Shown here piece by piece: positions 29,486 through 42,702 of a stretch of DNA of 64,000 nt. This DNA is from Octopus sinensis. Taxonomy: Eukaryota. Made by a program: the position numbers and the translations under genes. The notes under the pieces were generated by a model that was not told the origin of the DNA, made no database searches, and saw only the letters and a program-made list of their open reading frames with translations. Location of the stretch: positions 5,332,001-5,396,000 of the forward strand of contig NC_042997.1 of the NCBI RefSeq assembly GCF_006345805.1, given 5' to 3'. How positions within the stretch are numbered: position 1 is the stretch's first letter; each line of letters begins with the position of its first letter.

Positions 29486-31117
29486 TCAGTGTAACGTCAG
29501 ATATGTCATAAAAAATACAATTAATGCTAGACATCCTCGGGTATTCGTAGCAATGGATTTAGACACCTGTAGTGTATCGTGTTTGTTTCTTTCTTCTATA
29601 ACTCTTTGACGCCATTCCTCGTCTGCACGTTTGCATTCACTGTTATTTATGAGACTTAGTCTTGCTAAGGGCTTCTCAACTCTTCTCAAGACTGCCTCAG
29701 CGTGAACTCTGTTACAGAGAGATGCTGGAAGCATAATGAATTCCTTGTTACCAATGATCATCCAACACAAATATTCATTACTTTGATCTTTTGTTTGCGT
29801 AATTATCGTATCGTATTCATTTATGAATTTCATAGACGCAAGGCAAAAGTACTCAGCATGTTTTATGTGCTTCCCTTCTTCGTTCTCCATCACCAAAAAC
29901 ATATGGTGCGGCACAAAATGAATATCATTTAAGAGGCAGCCACGTCGCGCTTTCTCGTCGCGGAAGGCTATCCATGTTCCCAGTCCAGGCGGTAGATTAC
30001 AAGAAACAGTTCTTTTATCATAAGAGCGGACTAAATTCTGCAAAGGAGTGATTCTTTGAGAAGGTAATGTGGGACTACTATGTGCAAAAAGATTATCATT
30101 ACAGACATGTTCTTGGAGTAAATGACTAATGTTCAGAGGCCAAAGAACAATTTTTCCTACTCGGTATCGCATAACTGAAGGAGCTGCTTCATGAAGTTCG
30201 ATACACATAAAACGTGGATAGCAACCGTTATCAAATGTTTTCATTAGAACCCGTCTTCGGGAATAGTTACCTTCTCCTGCATCAATACAATGCCAATTTG
30301 TTTCAGTATTAATGTTTACTGTGTTATTACTTATTGTGATTTTGCTCGTTCCTTGGTTGACATGCCGCACCCAAGTACCATGCATTATCTTTGGAAAGGA
30401 ACAGGCTTGAAGACCACGAAATTTACTAAAGGCTTTAATTTGGCAGTCACCGCAAGATTCCAGGCAGTGCGACCTGTGTTCCGAATCACACATATTATGG
30501 TTGCTACATGTTTCAAATTCATCACTGCATATGCTTCGGATTACCCGATGATACATTTCAAATACAAGGTATTTTCGACTTGAAGGGAATATAGTTTTCG
30601 TATCACATATCATATCTAAGAAGAAGTAAATTTTGCTAATCATGCCGTTATCGTCGTATATGATGCGCATACACCAATAGCGCACGACATCAGTTTCTCG
30701 TACAATCACATACGTATCTTTACCATGTTTCCATGTTGCCAAACAACGGAGTCTGTTCTCCTCTTTTAAATTTCCTATGTAATCTGTACATGTCTTATCA
30801 CGAATTCTAAGTAATAGACCTTCTTCTTCAACACAATAACTTTCAAACCGAAATGGTAACATTTTACTTGTACACACTTCTTTACCTGAAGGTAATTTTA
30901 TATCAAAATCATAGCCCCCTTCAAAAGGGCATTTAACTTCTGTTGTATGAAACAAATGGACGGATAGGAGAGGCCAGTCATCCATCATCAAACGGGTGTC
31001 ATTACATATACCGTCGTCGGAAGAGCTCAGTGGTGACATTCGTATCTGCATTACGGCATTACTCCTTTTAATAAACTGCATGCAAAGGTATTTGGCGCGT
31101 GGATCATCTTTTTCCTC
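29486..31117 (-). CDS. Coding exon 2 (543 aa + stop) of an uncharacterised secreted/GPI-anchored cysteine-rich protein with repeated beta-rich modules and an ShKT-like motif
   Basis: 1632-nt open frame of complex sequence in repeat-rich DNA. Acceptor tttatattcttcag|GAGGAAAAA at 31118/31117 is phase 0, matching the exon 1 donor; the joined peptide KYVVSH|EEKDDPRAKYLCMQFIKRS reads as one domain. Five NxS/T sequons. Hydrophobic C-terminus GCLALIVFFMTYLTLH* with no cytoplasmic tail. Confidence 0.9.
   Translation of the reverse strand, partial: EEKDDPRAKYLCMQFIKRSNAVMQIRMSPLSSSDDGICNDTRLMMDDWPLLSVHLFHTTEVKCPFEGGYDFDIKLPSGKEVCTSKMLPFRFESYCVEEEGLLLRIRDKTCTDYIGNLKEENRLRCLATWKHGKDTYVIVRETDVVRYWCMRIIYDDNGMISKIYFFLDMICDTKTIFPSSRKYLVFEMYHRVIRSICSDEFETCSNHNMCDSEHRSHCLESCGDCQIKAFSKFRGLQACSFPKIMHGTWVRHVNQGTSKITISNNTVNINTETNWHCIDAGEGNYSRRRVLMKTFDNGCYPRFMCIELHEAAPSVMRYRVGKIVLWPLNISHLLQEHVCNDNLFAHSSPTLPSQRITPLQNLVRSYDKRTVSCNLPPGLGTWIAFRDEKARRGCLLNDIHFVPHHMFLVMENEEGKHIKHAEYFCLASMKFINEYDTIITQTKDQSNEYLCWMIIGNKEFIMLPASLCNRVHAEAVLRRVEKPLARLSLINNSECKRADEEWRQRVIEERNKHDTLQVSKSIATNTRGCLALIVFFMTYLTLH
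30443..30529 (-). other. ShKT-like six-cysteine motif within exon 2
   Basis: CSDEFETCSNHNMCDSEHRSHCLESCGDC = C-x6-C-x5-C-x7-C-x3-C-x2-C, with the C-x-D start and C-x-x-S-C-G-x-C end typical of ShKT domains. Confidence 0.7.
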
Positions 31118-31136
31118 CTGAAGAATATAAATCACA

Positions 31137-31205
31137 ATGATAATAATAATAATAATAATAATAACAACAACAACAACAATAATATTAATGATAATAATAA
31201 TAATA

Positions 31206-31296
<91 letters not shown>
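31137..31296. repeat. (AAT)n tract directly against the exon 2 splice acceptor
   Basis: Directly visible. It explains the artefactual poly-Y/I N-terminal extension of ORF 29486..31420. Confidence 0.95.
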
Positions 31297-31297
<1 letters not shown>

Positions 31298-31792
31298 TAT
31301 TGAACTAGAATATGAGCGAAATAAGGAAGATTGATCGGAAAATTCGAAAGCCGCTGACTTGCAATAAGATGCATCATCCAAAGGCAGACGCAGATCATCT
31401 TTACCTTCCCAGAGCCCCAAAATTCGAGGCTTGATTCAGTTTGAAATCTCTTACAAAACAATCTCAATTGGACTGGTCAAATATTTTGAAACATCTAATG
31501 ATTCTATGATAATGCTCGTTGAAAACCACGAGAGACGAAAGAAGCTTCATTCTGTCATGAAGGAGATAAAAAACTTACTAATGAGATCATTCATAATATT
31601 CAGATTGAACAGTGTGGTGGAATTGTGGCAACTGTTGTTGCAACGAAGGTGAATTCAATGGCAAAAGGCGTTTGAACAATTGGCTGATAGGTGAGAACAA
31701 AATCCCTTGCATGACTAATATGTCACCCGTAGTAAACAAGCTGATGTAGACTAAAAGTGGTCTACAGCCATCAGTGGCTACGGATCTCAGGT
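31294..31792 (+). mobile_element. R4/Dong-clade (RLE) LINE fragment, intronic, antisense to the host gene
   Basis: NMSEIRKIDRKIRKPLTCNKMHHPKADADHLYLPR..RGLIQFEISYKTISIGLVKYFETSNDSMIMLVENHE, then AFEQLADR, SKQADVD and QWLRISG. Same region as in the 53727-54690 copy. Confidence 0.8.
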
Positions 31793-34348
31793 AAATTACC
31801 AAAAATTAATAATTTATTTAACACAAATTACATATTAATATTATAATACATATTAACATAATAAAAAAATGGTAATTTAGATATGAAAATAAAATAAACA
31901 TCAGTCGCATTTGGTAAAAGTGAACTAAACCAGGTGTGTGTCAATAGAAATATTTGTGTCTATTTCAAAGTTTGTAGTTCAACCCGTATCATCTCTTTTT
32001 GCCTGTGGAAGATCAACTGAAAAAGTTTAAAACGTATCTACCAAATTTATTTTTCAGCATAAGATGTAGATCATGTGCAGGAATCTTAACATACAGTGAA
32101 TCAATATATTTATTAATATAAAACCATAATTTAATAGTTCCTCATTTAAGACCGTATACTACAACAGTACAATGAACAACTTGGTTCGTAATTAATGGCA
32201 AGGCAGATCGAGAAGAATTTGAAGATATTAATTACTATTTAAGATTAATTCCTGTTTAATGAAATAAATTTCTAAAAGTTATCATTGTATGAAGTATACT
32301 GATATTTTACGCCTAAAATAACGAAAATAATTATGCAAAGGATGTGGAAATATTAAGTGGGTTTAATATTTTGTATTGATGCTTTGATCAATACAATAAA
32401 TATAATGACGTGGATATAAGTGAATCTTTGGTTCTCAAATATTTAATCTGTCAAATAAGTCTGGGGTGTACACCTTAGCAGAAGACATGGGGGTTTCTGA
32501 TATTCACCTAATTAGAACTATATATTACGGGTCCTAGAAAATGCGAAAATTATGCTCCGTCTTAATTGTTGCTAAATACATGCTTCGTATCCTTGGATAA
32601 AAGAAACATTATTTTATATTACTAAATTTAAAAAAGAACAGCAAAACTCTGCTTTAGAGCGTACGAATAAATTTTAAATTTATATGTAGAGCGGTGATGT
32701 ACAAATTCATTGCTAATACATTGCTAATACAAATTCATTGCAGATATGATTGTGAATATGCTAACAGCTTTCAAATTTCGTTTTTGGAGGATAACTTCTC
32801 CATTCAGATGATGTGTGTTAACAACGCACTGTAATAACTAACGTAAGGAACTTTTCAGACATTACTTTTTTGGTCTAGATATGTCTCAGCAGTGGCAGTT
32901 ACCTCTAAATAAATGACTCTAAAACAGAATAATGGCACTTGTTTATTGAGTGCACATTATCTAAAGAAGGGTGGGCTCCGAAGATGAAATACAATAACAA
33001 ATAGACAAAAAGCAAATTCATGTTGAACTTTCTGGGTCGTTATTATGTATGAATACTTACCCCATCGTTTTCATTCTACCAGTTCTCCGCGCAGAGAATT
33101 TATTATATGCAGAGGTTTGATAAAAAGGCTGAGGCACGCAGATTAAGTAATTTTGAGAAAACTAAACTGAACATAACATCCTTACAGGTTGGAATAATCT
33201 GTCCATATTTATAAGGCCGTAAACAGAATAAACGAGCTAATGTGACATTATAACTTAGTCATATTTCAAATCCTTTCAAACCACTCAAGATAAATATCTA
33301 CTAGTCTACGTCAATCGCTCTCTTGGAAAAGACGTCACTAAAAATTTGATTTCATCTACTTTATATTTTAGAGTTTCACAAACCTGGTGTAATTTCATAA
33401 GAGATTACAGAATTACAAGTTAATTGCAAATTAGCTTAAGACGGTAGAGAGTAAATTTTGCAAGTGGTAGGTATTAGTAGTATATTCTTTGGTTAACAAA
33501 TAATTAGTTTACTCGTCAGTTGAATGAGGACACACAAAGATTTAAAATGAGGGAACGTTTAAAGTATCAGCTGCGTCATCAAGCATTGAAGCGATAATGA
33601 CTGCATAATTGAGATATTCTCTAATTCTGAAGATGTCTTGGATTAGTAATATCTCTTTCTTCTAAAAAATTAATCAAATTCTCTGACGTTTGAATAAAGA
33701 AAACACATTTATTCCAGTTTGTTTACAATAGAGATATTGTAATATGAAACTTTCTTTCAGATATAGAGTCCCCAAGTGCACGCACAAAAACATACAAGAA
33801 AGTTCAGATGTATGTACCCGTATATGCGCATATATATAAGCTATGCAACCCAAACAGACATGGGAAATAAATCAAAAATTTATCAATAAATGAAAAATAT
33901 ACAGCCACGAAAAATGATAAGTTTTAAAAAATTACCGAACCTGACACATCACTACCATTGAACCCTATCATATCCTTTTATGTAGCTCAATTACTGAGCA
34001 ATAAATTGAAATTAGTGTCTTCCTGCAAAGTATAATCTTCGAAAGGCTAAAACATTTCAAAACAATAGATTATTCTAAGAGCTAAGAATGAAAACATCTC
34101 ACCACTTACACGTAACTTACAACAAATAATTCTCATCGTAAATAGCAGCGCCATAATTTTTCAGTTGGCGGGTACGACTACAATTATCAAAAAGTTATCT
34201 ATCTCTCCTCACTGTCAGTCTTCGCTTTCTCTCTCCCTTTCGCTCTCTCAATCTATCTCTATCACTATCTCTGCCTTTGCTTTTCTCTCTCTCTAAACGT
34301 ATCCCTATATCTCTATCTCTTTCTATTATCTATACATGTATCTATATG

Positions 34349-34407
<59 letters not shown>

Positions 34408-34446
34408 CTATTTATAAATACATACTTGTGTGTGTTTGTGTGTGTG

Positions 34447-34799
34447 TAGGCACAAGCGTGGCTGCATGGTAAGAAGTTTGTTTCCGAACTATATGTTCCT
34501 CTGCTCAGTCCCACTGCGTGGCACCTTCGGCGACTTCTTCTACTATAGCTTCGGACCGAACAAAATCTTACGAGTGGATTTGGTAGACGGGAATTGAGAA
34601 AACACCCTCGTATAAATTAATATATAAATGTATATATATAGGGGTGGCTGTGTGGTAAGTAGCTTGTTTATCAACCACATGGTTCCGGGTTCAGTCCCAC
34701 TGCGTGGCACCTTGGGCAAGTGTCTTCTACTATAACCTCGGGCGGACCAAAGCCTTGTGAGTGGATTTGGTAGACGGAAACTGAAAGAAGCCCGTCGTA

Positions 34800-34837
<38 letters not shown>

Positions 34838-35222
34838 TGTGTGTGTTTGTGTGTCTGTGTTTGCCCCCCTAGCATTGCTTGACAACAGATGCTGGTATGT
34901 TTATGTCCCCGTTACTTAGCGGTTCGGCAAAAGACACCGATAGAATAATTACTGGGCTTACAAAAGAATAAGTCCCGGGGTCGAGTTGCTCGATTAAAGG
35001 CGGTGCTCCAGCATGGCCGCAGTCAAATGACTGTAACAAGTAAAAGAGTAAAAGAGTAAAAAGTATTTATGCGTGGGTGTCATTGTGCCTGTGCTTGTAC
35101 CCACCATCGCTTGACAATCGATGGTGATGTGTTTATGTCCTCGTAACTTAGCGGTTCGGAAAAATAGAACGATAGAATAAGTACTAGACTACAAAGAATA
35201 AGTCCTGGTTTCGATTTCTTTA
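34447..35222 (+). mobile_element. Cluster of related tRNA-derived SINEs (34447-34612 partial, 34641-35064 near full, 35075-35222 3' part)
   Basis: A-box gtggctgtgtggtaag and B-box ggttcagtccc. Shared middle ctgcgtggcacc...gagtggatttggtagacgg. 3' ggtgctccagcatggcc with a (gtaaaaga)n tail. The same 3' motif occurs at ~10370 (+) and ~52150 (-). Confidence 0.8.
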
Positions 35223-35904
35223 GCTACATAAATGTACAGATACAAATACACCACACTTTTGTTAACGACTGCCTTCCAGATAAGAATTTAATCCGATTAC
35301 TTAACCAGGAGTGTGTTAATATATGTTTTAATATGTGTGTATGTACGCGCGCGTGTGCGTGTGTAGGCGCATGGCCTTCCCGTTAGGGCTTGCACTCATA
35401 ATCAAAATACTGTAATTTCACCCTTGTCCAGAAGCTTGCAACATAAATGGATTAGGATGTGGCCCATTTATTAGGCGAAAGTTTTAAACCAAGTAACTGA
35501 TAAAAGGACTAAATATCTCATCCAGTTTATGTGGAACAAATTTCCAACATATAGCACTGTCTGATTCAGACTCCAGTGAGAATAAACATGCTTAAGTCAC
35601 CTCAGAGTACGATCGGAAAATTATGTTTATTTGATGAAATCTGTGATAATCTCTATAATTAGTGTCATGTAACTAGTAATCTGTGACAATTCAAGAAAGA
35701 GAAATGCTTTCACTTTGATAATATGTAGAGAAGAATATATCTTGTTAAATAGAAGCGAATGTTTCACTGGTATGTAATGTTTGCAGGAAATTAGAAACTA
35801 GGAAGTTTAGACAATGGACTTATGTAATAAAAATCTAAGGGACGACTTCTTGTAAAAATAGTTTCAAATTTTGCCGCAAGGGCAGCGCTGTTTGTTTGTT
35901 TTTT

Positions 35905-36088
35905 TTCTAGGAGTGGATGAGCCGATTACATCGACTCCAGTCTTCAACAGGAACATATTTTATCGATCCCGAAAGGACGAGAGACAAAGTCGTCATCAAC
36001 GAAATTTGAACTCAGACCGTAGCGACGGGCGAAATACCGTTAAGCATTTCGTCCAGTGCACGAACTGTTCTGCCAGCTCGCCGCCTTA
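35905..36088 (-). mobile_element. tRNA-derived SINE with Meta-like core
   Basis: Minus: taaggcggcgagctggcagaacagt head, ctgagttcaaattt B-box-like, core ctttgtctctcgtcctttcgggatcgataaaatatgttcc. Confidence 0.7.
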
Positions 36089-36280
36089 CAACTTCTTGTA
36101 ATAATAATTTGTAATTTTGAAGCAAAGGCACAAATTGGGTGAGAAACTGAATAATCAGTGAAACACATAGTATTGCATATATTTTATACAATATCTTGAG
36201 ATGAACGACGAAGTCAGAGGTATAACTTTTCGGAATCGGTATTGCATCTAATCTTCTTTCAGCTCTTTATGTTTTATCTG

Positions 36281-36595
36281 GTGGAGGCGCAATGGCCCAG
36301 TGGTTAGGGCAGCGGACTCGCAGTCGGAGGATCGCAGTTTCGATTCCCAGACCGGGCGTTCTGTATGTTTATAGAGCTAAATCACCTAAAAGCTCCACGA
36401 GGCTCCGTCAGGGGGGAAGGGTGGTGACCCCTGTTGTACTCTTTTTCCCCAACATTCTCTCACTCTCTCTTCCTGTCTCTTGAGTAACGCTGCGATGCAC
36501 TGGCGTCCCGTCCATCTGGTGGGGAACACTTACGCCACAGAAACCGGGAAACCGGACCTATGAGTCTGGCTAGGCTTGAAAAGGGCGACGTTTAT
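36281..36595 (+). mobile_element. tRNA-derived SINE with V-domain-like core
   Basis: A-box tggcccagtgg (36293-36303), B-box gtttcgattcc (36337-36347), and gctgcgatgcactggcgtcccgtcc...cagaaaccggg resembling the V-SINE core. Confidence 0.7.
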
Positions 36596-37052
36596 CGTTT
36601 TTTTATGAATAATCTGTCATCCAAAAAAATCAATTATCGTAAGATCTGGATCAGTTAGTCACACGCATTTCTTAGCTATACATAAACGTACACATACATA
36701 AATATACGTATGTATCTATGTCTATAAATTTTTCCTAAAAAGTTTCTCTCACAGAAAATTACTAGCATTTTACTGTTTGTTTTTCATATTAATATTAATT
36801 ATGTAGTATAATCAAAAGCTAATTAAAGCTAATTCTATAAACGGCAGAGTAATAAACACATTAACTCAGTTCATCGTGCTGTGTAGTAAAAATGGCATTA
36901 CAATTGTGTGGATTTAAATCACCTTTTCTAGTGCAAAGTTAAGAGCAATAAAAACAGATGTTGAGGATAACATTAATTAAACATGTTGAAAATTTATAGT
37001 AAAACGGGTCCCCTTTTATCGCTGGGCAGAATAATCATATAAATGTACATGC

Positions 37053-37665
37053 ATAGGCTCAGGCGTGGCTAGATAGTAAAAAAGCTAGCTTCCCAACCAC
37101 ATGATTCCAGGTTCAGTCTCACTACGTTGTACTTTACTAAAGTTTTGTATAAAGAACAAACACTGCTGACGCAAAACGTCATGTTTCCCCACAAACTCAT
37201 GTCTCTTTCTTTCTCTATTTCTATGTCTTTCTCTTTCTGTCGATATATAAACTTAGACTTAGATAAACTTAGATATGTTTCGACCAAAGATTGGTCCAGG
37301 CCATGTCTAACTTAATAGCACCACCTGATAGGATTATTCGAATCCTGTTTAAGTCAAGTTTTGTTCAAGTAGTGAGTTCTTGTTGGGTGAGTTGTATCCA
37401 ATTATGGGTGGCTTATCTGGTATTCTTTGAAGGAATCTATCTAGACTCTGTTTAAAGTACAATGCATGTATATACGCATGCATACATGCATGCATTCTGC
37501 GCGTGTGTGTGAAGACGATAATCCATTTAAGGTATTAGATAATCGATCAAATGGTCGCGTGTTCGAATCACGGATTGGGCGTGTATTGTTCTTTTGAGCT
37601 GCACACCTCACTTCTCAATGCTGCAGTATTTAAAACCAAATGTGCTTATTGGCGCCAGTGACTCC
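37053..37665 (+). mobile_element. Two short SINE head fragments (about 37053-37140 and 37540-37665)
   Basis: ggcgtggctagatagtaa...ccaaccacatgattccaggttcagtc matches the 34641 head. gtgttcgaatc...gtattgttcttttgagc resembles the 36281 and 51211 heads. Confidence 0.45.
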
Positions 37666-38355
37666 TTTATAACATAGAGTCTGTATTAATGTTAAAAAAA
37701 GAAAACTTTAGCGTGTTTTTGTAACCACATAGTCCACTATTACGGAGTTGAGTTTAATTGTTTGTTTACAACAATGGACTCGAAATATTTGTTTATACTT
37801 TGGTAGGCGAACAACTATGTTCAATAATCCAACATTTAATAATTAAAATTTTGTGATATCGATGAAAAATTTTATTATTCACTCTCTGAACATGTCATTG
37901 ACAAAAATCAATATTAATCAAAACTATAAAGTCTAACAAAATGTGCTATTATATTTCAACAGTGAATTTTAAATAGACTGAATTAAATGAACATTTATTA
38001 AAAACATTTCTGAAATTCTTTTAAAGATAAACCTCTCTTTGGAGTTTAATATGGGAACCATGTTATCTTATCGATTTGTTTTTATCAATGACTAAACGAA
38101 GTTCGGAGATATTAATAAATGACAATATATATAAAATATTCAGTACTTACTGTAAGTAATTTTTCTATATATTGACAAAAATGTATGATTTCCGATGTAC
38201 AAAAAATGTTAGTTATATAATAGCTTAAATGTTTCTGTTTACTGTTAATTAATATTTGTGATATAGTTAAAGCCTATTAAACCTATTAAACGTGTTTTTA
38301 AATATTGGAGCTGCATTATTATTTTAAGTATGGAAGTCTATTTTCTACTTAATTC

Positions 38356-38915
38356 TACGAGGTAGTATGAAAAATGTCACAGACGAGTTTTGTGGCACGC
38401 CAACGGATGTCACCACACGGTTGCAAGTGCAGTTTGAGCTAGCAATGACCGCCATGAGACAGTGTGCCGAGTAATGTCGCTGCGTTTACTTCGCATGTTA
38501 TGAAATTTGTGTTTCTTTGTGATCACGTGTTTGCTGTAATATGCGATTTTGTCATGGACAGGAACAAAGAATCAACGCGAAATTTCGTGTTAAACTTGGG
38601 ATGTCTGCTACAGAAACATTGAGCATGATTCAGTAAGCTTACAGCGACGAGGCAATGGGTCGTATGCACCATTTCGAATGTTTCAAAAGCGGAAGAACGT
38701 CCCTAAAAGGCTGTGAGTGATCAGGAAGACGATGACCGATGTGGAAGATCTGCCACGAGCGTCAACTCTAGAAATGTGGTATCCCATATCGAGAATTTGT
38801 CTCCCTGAGAAAAAATTTCAATGGAAAGTTCTACTGCAACGTTTTGAAGCGTTTTAGAGAAGACAGTGAGCTAAAGTGACCAGATCTGTGGAGCGCGAAG
38901 GACTGGATTATTTTT
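38356..38915 (+). mobile_element. Internally deleted mariner-type DNA transposon remnant
   Basis: tacgagg TIR-like start. MDRNKE..KFRVKLGMSATETLSMIQ*AYSDEAMGR, FKSGRTSL, then a jump to NGKFYCNVLKRFRED...PDLW. Confidence 0.7.
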
Positions 38916-40528
38916 ATTAAGCATTTTTTTATTAAACATACCTAGTCCGAGATTTTTTTCATATCACCTAGTATACAAAATGCTTTGTATATTGCCGTAG
39001 CGAAAATGGACCTTTGTATAAATGTATGATATCCCTATTGTAGTATCACACAACACTATGTGCAATACTTCGAGTGAAGTGACTGCAAATGCGTGCCATT
39101 CGTTTAAGCTTCGGGTATGTAAGCGACATCATTTGAGGCAATTTCTCAATGAATTTATCATATTCAAAATATAACTGTAAACACGTGATTACAATAAATT
39201 ACTCTTTAATCACATTAATAATTGCATGAAAAGGGAACAAAAATTACATTATCAATTATATTAGCTTACAGCTGTTTCTACTATAGGAAACAATGCATAC
39301 ATATCAGAGTTCTCGTGCAACATCATATAGATTCCCCACTGTCATTAACGTGAAGTGTACTCTTGTTTCGGAAAGCATTTTAATGTATAAATATAGGTTA
39401 AATATTAATATACGAATATATGAACGCTTATATTACCTTACAGTCAGGAAAACCTAAATGAACATTAAGCTGTTTACAAAAAATTCAATCACTATTCATA
39501 CATAATCATTCAGTGTTTTATATCAGAATGAAAATATCTGTATCTGAAGTGCTTCTTCACTAATCGCAATCTTTTTATTTTCATCATATTATATACCTAA
39601 ATCTGATTTTGTTTGGACTTTATGAAACGATTAGAAAAGATATTCTAATTTTTCTGTGCATAACTCAACTAGGAATATTTTTAGCATCATTCCTTGTTGA
39701 GGAAGTGATATTATATTCATTACAGTATTCTTACGCACTAGCAGACTATTATCAATATCATAAGCCATTATCAGAGGCTATGAGCATGACAATATATTTG
39801 CCGCAGTAAATAAAATGCTATAGTTGAAAGCTTGAAAAGAACAGCAATACTTTTCTCATCCAGAAGTGCTACTTACAAACTCCTGTTGTTCAAAACCAGC
39901 ATATAATGGTATTTTGGGAATTTGCTAGATAATTTCAAAATACGGCTCCGTAGCAACCGAGAAATCGGGAGAGGCTTTAGACGTTGAACAGCTGGATAAA
40001 CCTCCTTCCTTACAGTACTCATTTAATTATTGCAGTACATATAATTTCCAACGAACAATTTCGTACTTTCCTGGATTTTTAACTCATTAGTGTCACAACT
40101 AATGAATTGCGTTTAGTGTTAATGATTATGGGTTTCGATATGTGGATTTCAATAGTAGGTGTGCTTAAGTCACCCGAAACAAAGGAAAGGGATTATTTTG
40201 TCCTGGAAGATGAGCTAAAATTAGGTTGGCATTACGGATGAGCATGCAGAATGTTGTACGTCAGTTAATCTTGCACAGAACATACTATCTAGTGCAGACC
40301 GACCAGATTTGTAACAGATGTGCAGAACACATTCTTTCTACGATACACACCTAATCGTATCATGGCGAGAAGGCATGATGCCAGATAATTTGTGGTCGTT
40401 GTAATTAAGGAAAATTGGTATTTCTCAGGGAGTAAGAAAGAAACAAAGATAGACTTTTTGCGGAATCTGCAATAATCAGTAAAATATGCATATATACGTA
40501 CATACATACATGTGTGTGTATGTGTGTG

Positions 40529-41845
40529 TATCAAGGTGCAATGGTTAAATTGTAGCCATTTTATATTTCTAATTTCGTACATGCGCATTGTTTGTTTTTA
40601 TTTTGTCGACTACACAGTTTAGAAGGGCCTGTTCGGCACAGTCTGTGAGAAAAACAGCACGATGGCGCATTTCACTCTGCCAGAAATTTGGAAAGCTTAT
40701 GCTGTACCGCATTCACACCGGAAACTCTAATACGAACATTTCAGAGTGTTTGGGTGTCAATCTGAGGACTGCAGAGGATTCGGAAATTGCGAAGGTACGG
40801 AAGCTCGAATCAATTCGGAAGCTCGAGTCAATTGCGAAGGTACGGAAGCTCGAAAAACTCACTCAGATCATTCTGATAAGAGAGCTCATGAATTTGTTGG
40901 TGAGATCCGGGCTAAGATTGACAACGATCCCTCGAAGTCGATCAGGTTCATCATGAAGGACATGGGATTGTCTGAGTTTCTTATGGGGCAGATTGTACAT
41001 GGAGATATTTAGTATTCTTCATACAAGATAAGAAAGGTTCAATTTTTATCCCAGCCCATCGAAGACGAGATGAAAGACAGTGCAACAAAGCTTTTGAACA
41101 AACTCAAGCATCCCCTCCAACCAAACATGCTTTGGTTCTTCTCAGACGAAAACAATTTCTGCCATGATCAGATGGTGAACACAGTGAACAACTGTTGGCT
41201 TGCCCTGTTCCCAAAACATGTACCGAGAGCGATAAAAATCAAACAGCCAGGCAACATCATGGTGTTTAGAGTGCGCACTAGTTAAGGCGACGTTATGCCT
41301 CCAGTCATCTTTCCACACAACCTTAGACTCAGCACGGAGCCCTACATCAATTGCCTGGAGGAAGCAGTACTGTTTTGAATCAAGAGGGTGGCTGCTGAAA
41401 GATCTTATATCTAGCAAGAGGACTCTGCACCATGCCACATAAACTGGAGAATCTAGTCATGGCTGACAGAAATTTCTGCGAAAACATCTCCTTTAGCATC
41501 GGGTCACCGAACTTCCCAGACTGCAACCCAACCCCTTGATAATTATTTTAGAGCTCTCTTGAGCAAGTGACCAACAGAATTCCCTGTAACACCTAAGATG
41601 AACTAAAGGCAAAGATTACGGCTGTATTCATCAACGTAAACAAGGAGACCGTCCAGAAGAGTTGCAGGTGATTCCGAAGTCGTCTAGAGGCTGTGGTTGA
41701 AGACAATGGTAATGTTATTGAATACATTTACGCTTAAGTATTTCAAGATATTTTTATTTGATTTTTGGAAAATATATCTGTTAAAATCAGAAGTCAGTGT
41801 TATTTTCAATTTTGCGTAATTTAGACGACAATTTATTCACCGTAC
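40529..41845 (+). mobile_element. DD37D (maT-type) Tc1/mariner transposon, near full length, pseudogenised
   Basis: LWFFSDENNF (first D), GDVMPP, QEDSAPCH (second D), PNFPDCNP-LDNY (third D). Degenerate TIRs share ggtg...taaattgt(a/c)g (40531-40555 vs reverse complement of 41821-41845). Confidence 0.85.
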
Positions 41846-42396
41846 TCTTTCTATCTCTCTCTCTATATATATATACACACTGAAGGAGAGACACACAGCT
41901 AGATAGCCAGGCAGAGAGTAATAGAGATAAATGCGTATGTACACACTCATATGCATGAGTGTGTGCATGTGTGTATGTTTGTGCGCGCGCGCGTCTGTTT
42001 CTGCGTGCGTATATCTATCTATTTGTTACATATGTGTATAAACGCTTCCTTATTCGATAGCTTGTTTTGCTAATATATTTTTAGATACACTGCAGTGCGC
42101 TACCTTTCCTTTAAGCAAGCTTTTATTTTTAACTGAAAGAAAGAGTTTGCTTTTATTTTGTGAACAGAAACGAACGGCGCATCAAATAAATTTACGGAAA
42201 GTGTAACAGATGGATAGCAATTTGATGAAAATAACGAAAGAAAGAAACTGCAGAACAGGAAAATAGAAACAGGAAGATGTAACACAATGAAAATGAAATG
42301 AATGATGAAAATATTAAAAGTATATATAAATCAAGACGAACACCATAAAAAGGAAAACAGAAATGGTTATACATACATATACATACATACATATAC

Positions 42397-42492
<96 letters not shown>

Positions 42493-42661
42493 ATATGTAT
42501 CTATATTTATATATATATATATGTATATATGTATGTATATATATATATATATATGTATCTATATATATATGTATATATGTATATATGTATGTTGTATATC
42601 TATATGTATATATATGTATATATGTATGTATATATATATATATATGTATGTATATATATAC

Positions 42662-42702
<41 letters not shown>

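Noticed and set aside
31118-31420. N-terminal 101 aa of the 644-aa ORF (MGLWEGK...poly-Y/I)
   Set aside because: Intronic: antisense R4 sequence plus the (TTA)n tract. A good phase-0 acceptor at 31118/31117 and a matching upstream exon explain the true N-terminus.
36281-36360. tRNA gene candidates (also 34641, 51211, 62101)
   Set aside because: A/B boxes are present, but acceptor-stem pairing is lost and SINE or Penelope sequence follows. These are tRNA-derived heads, not tRNA genes.
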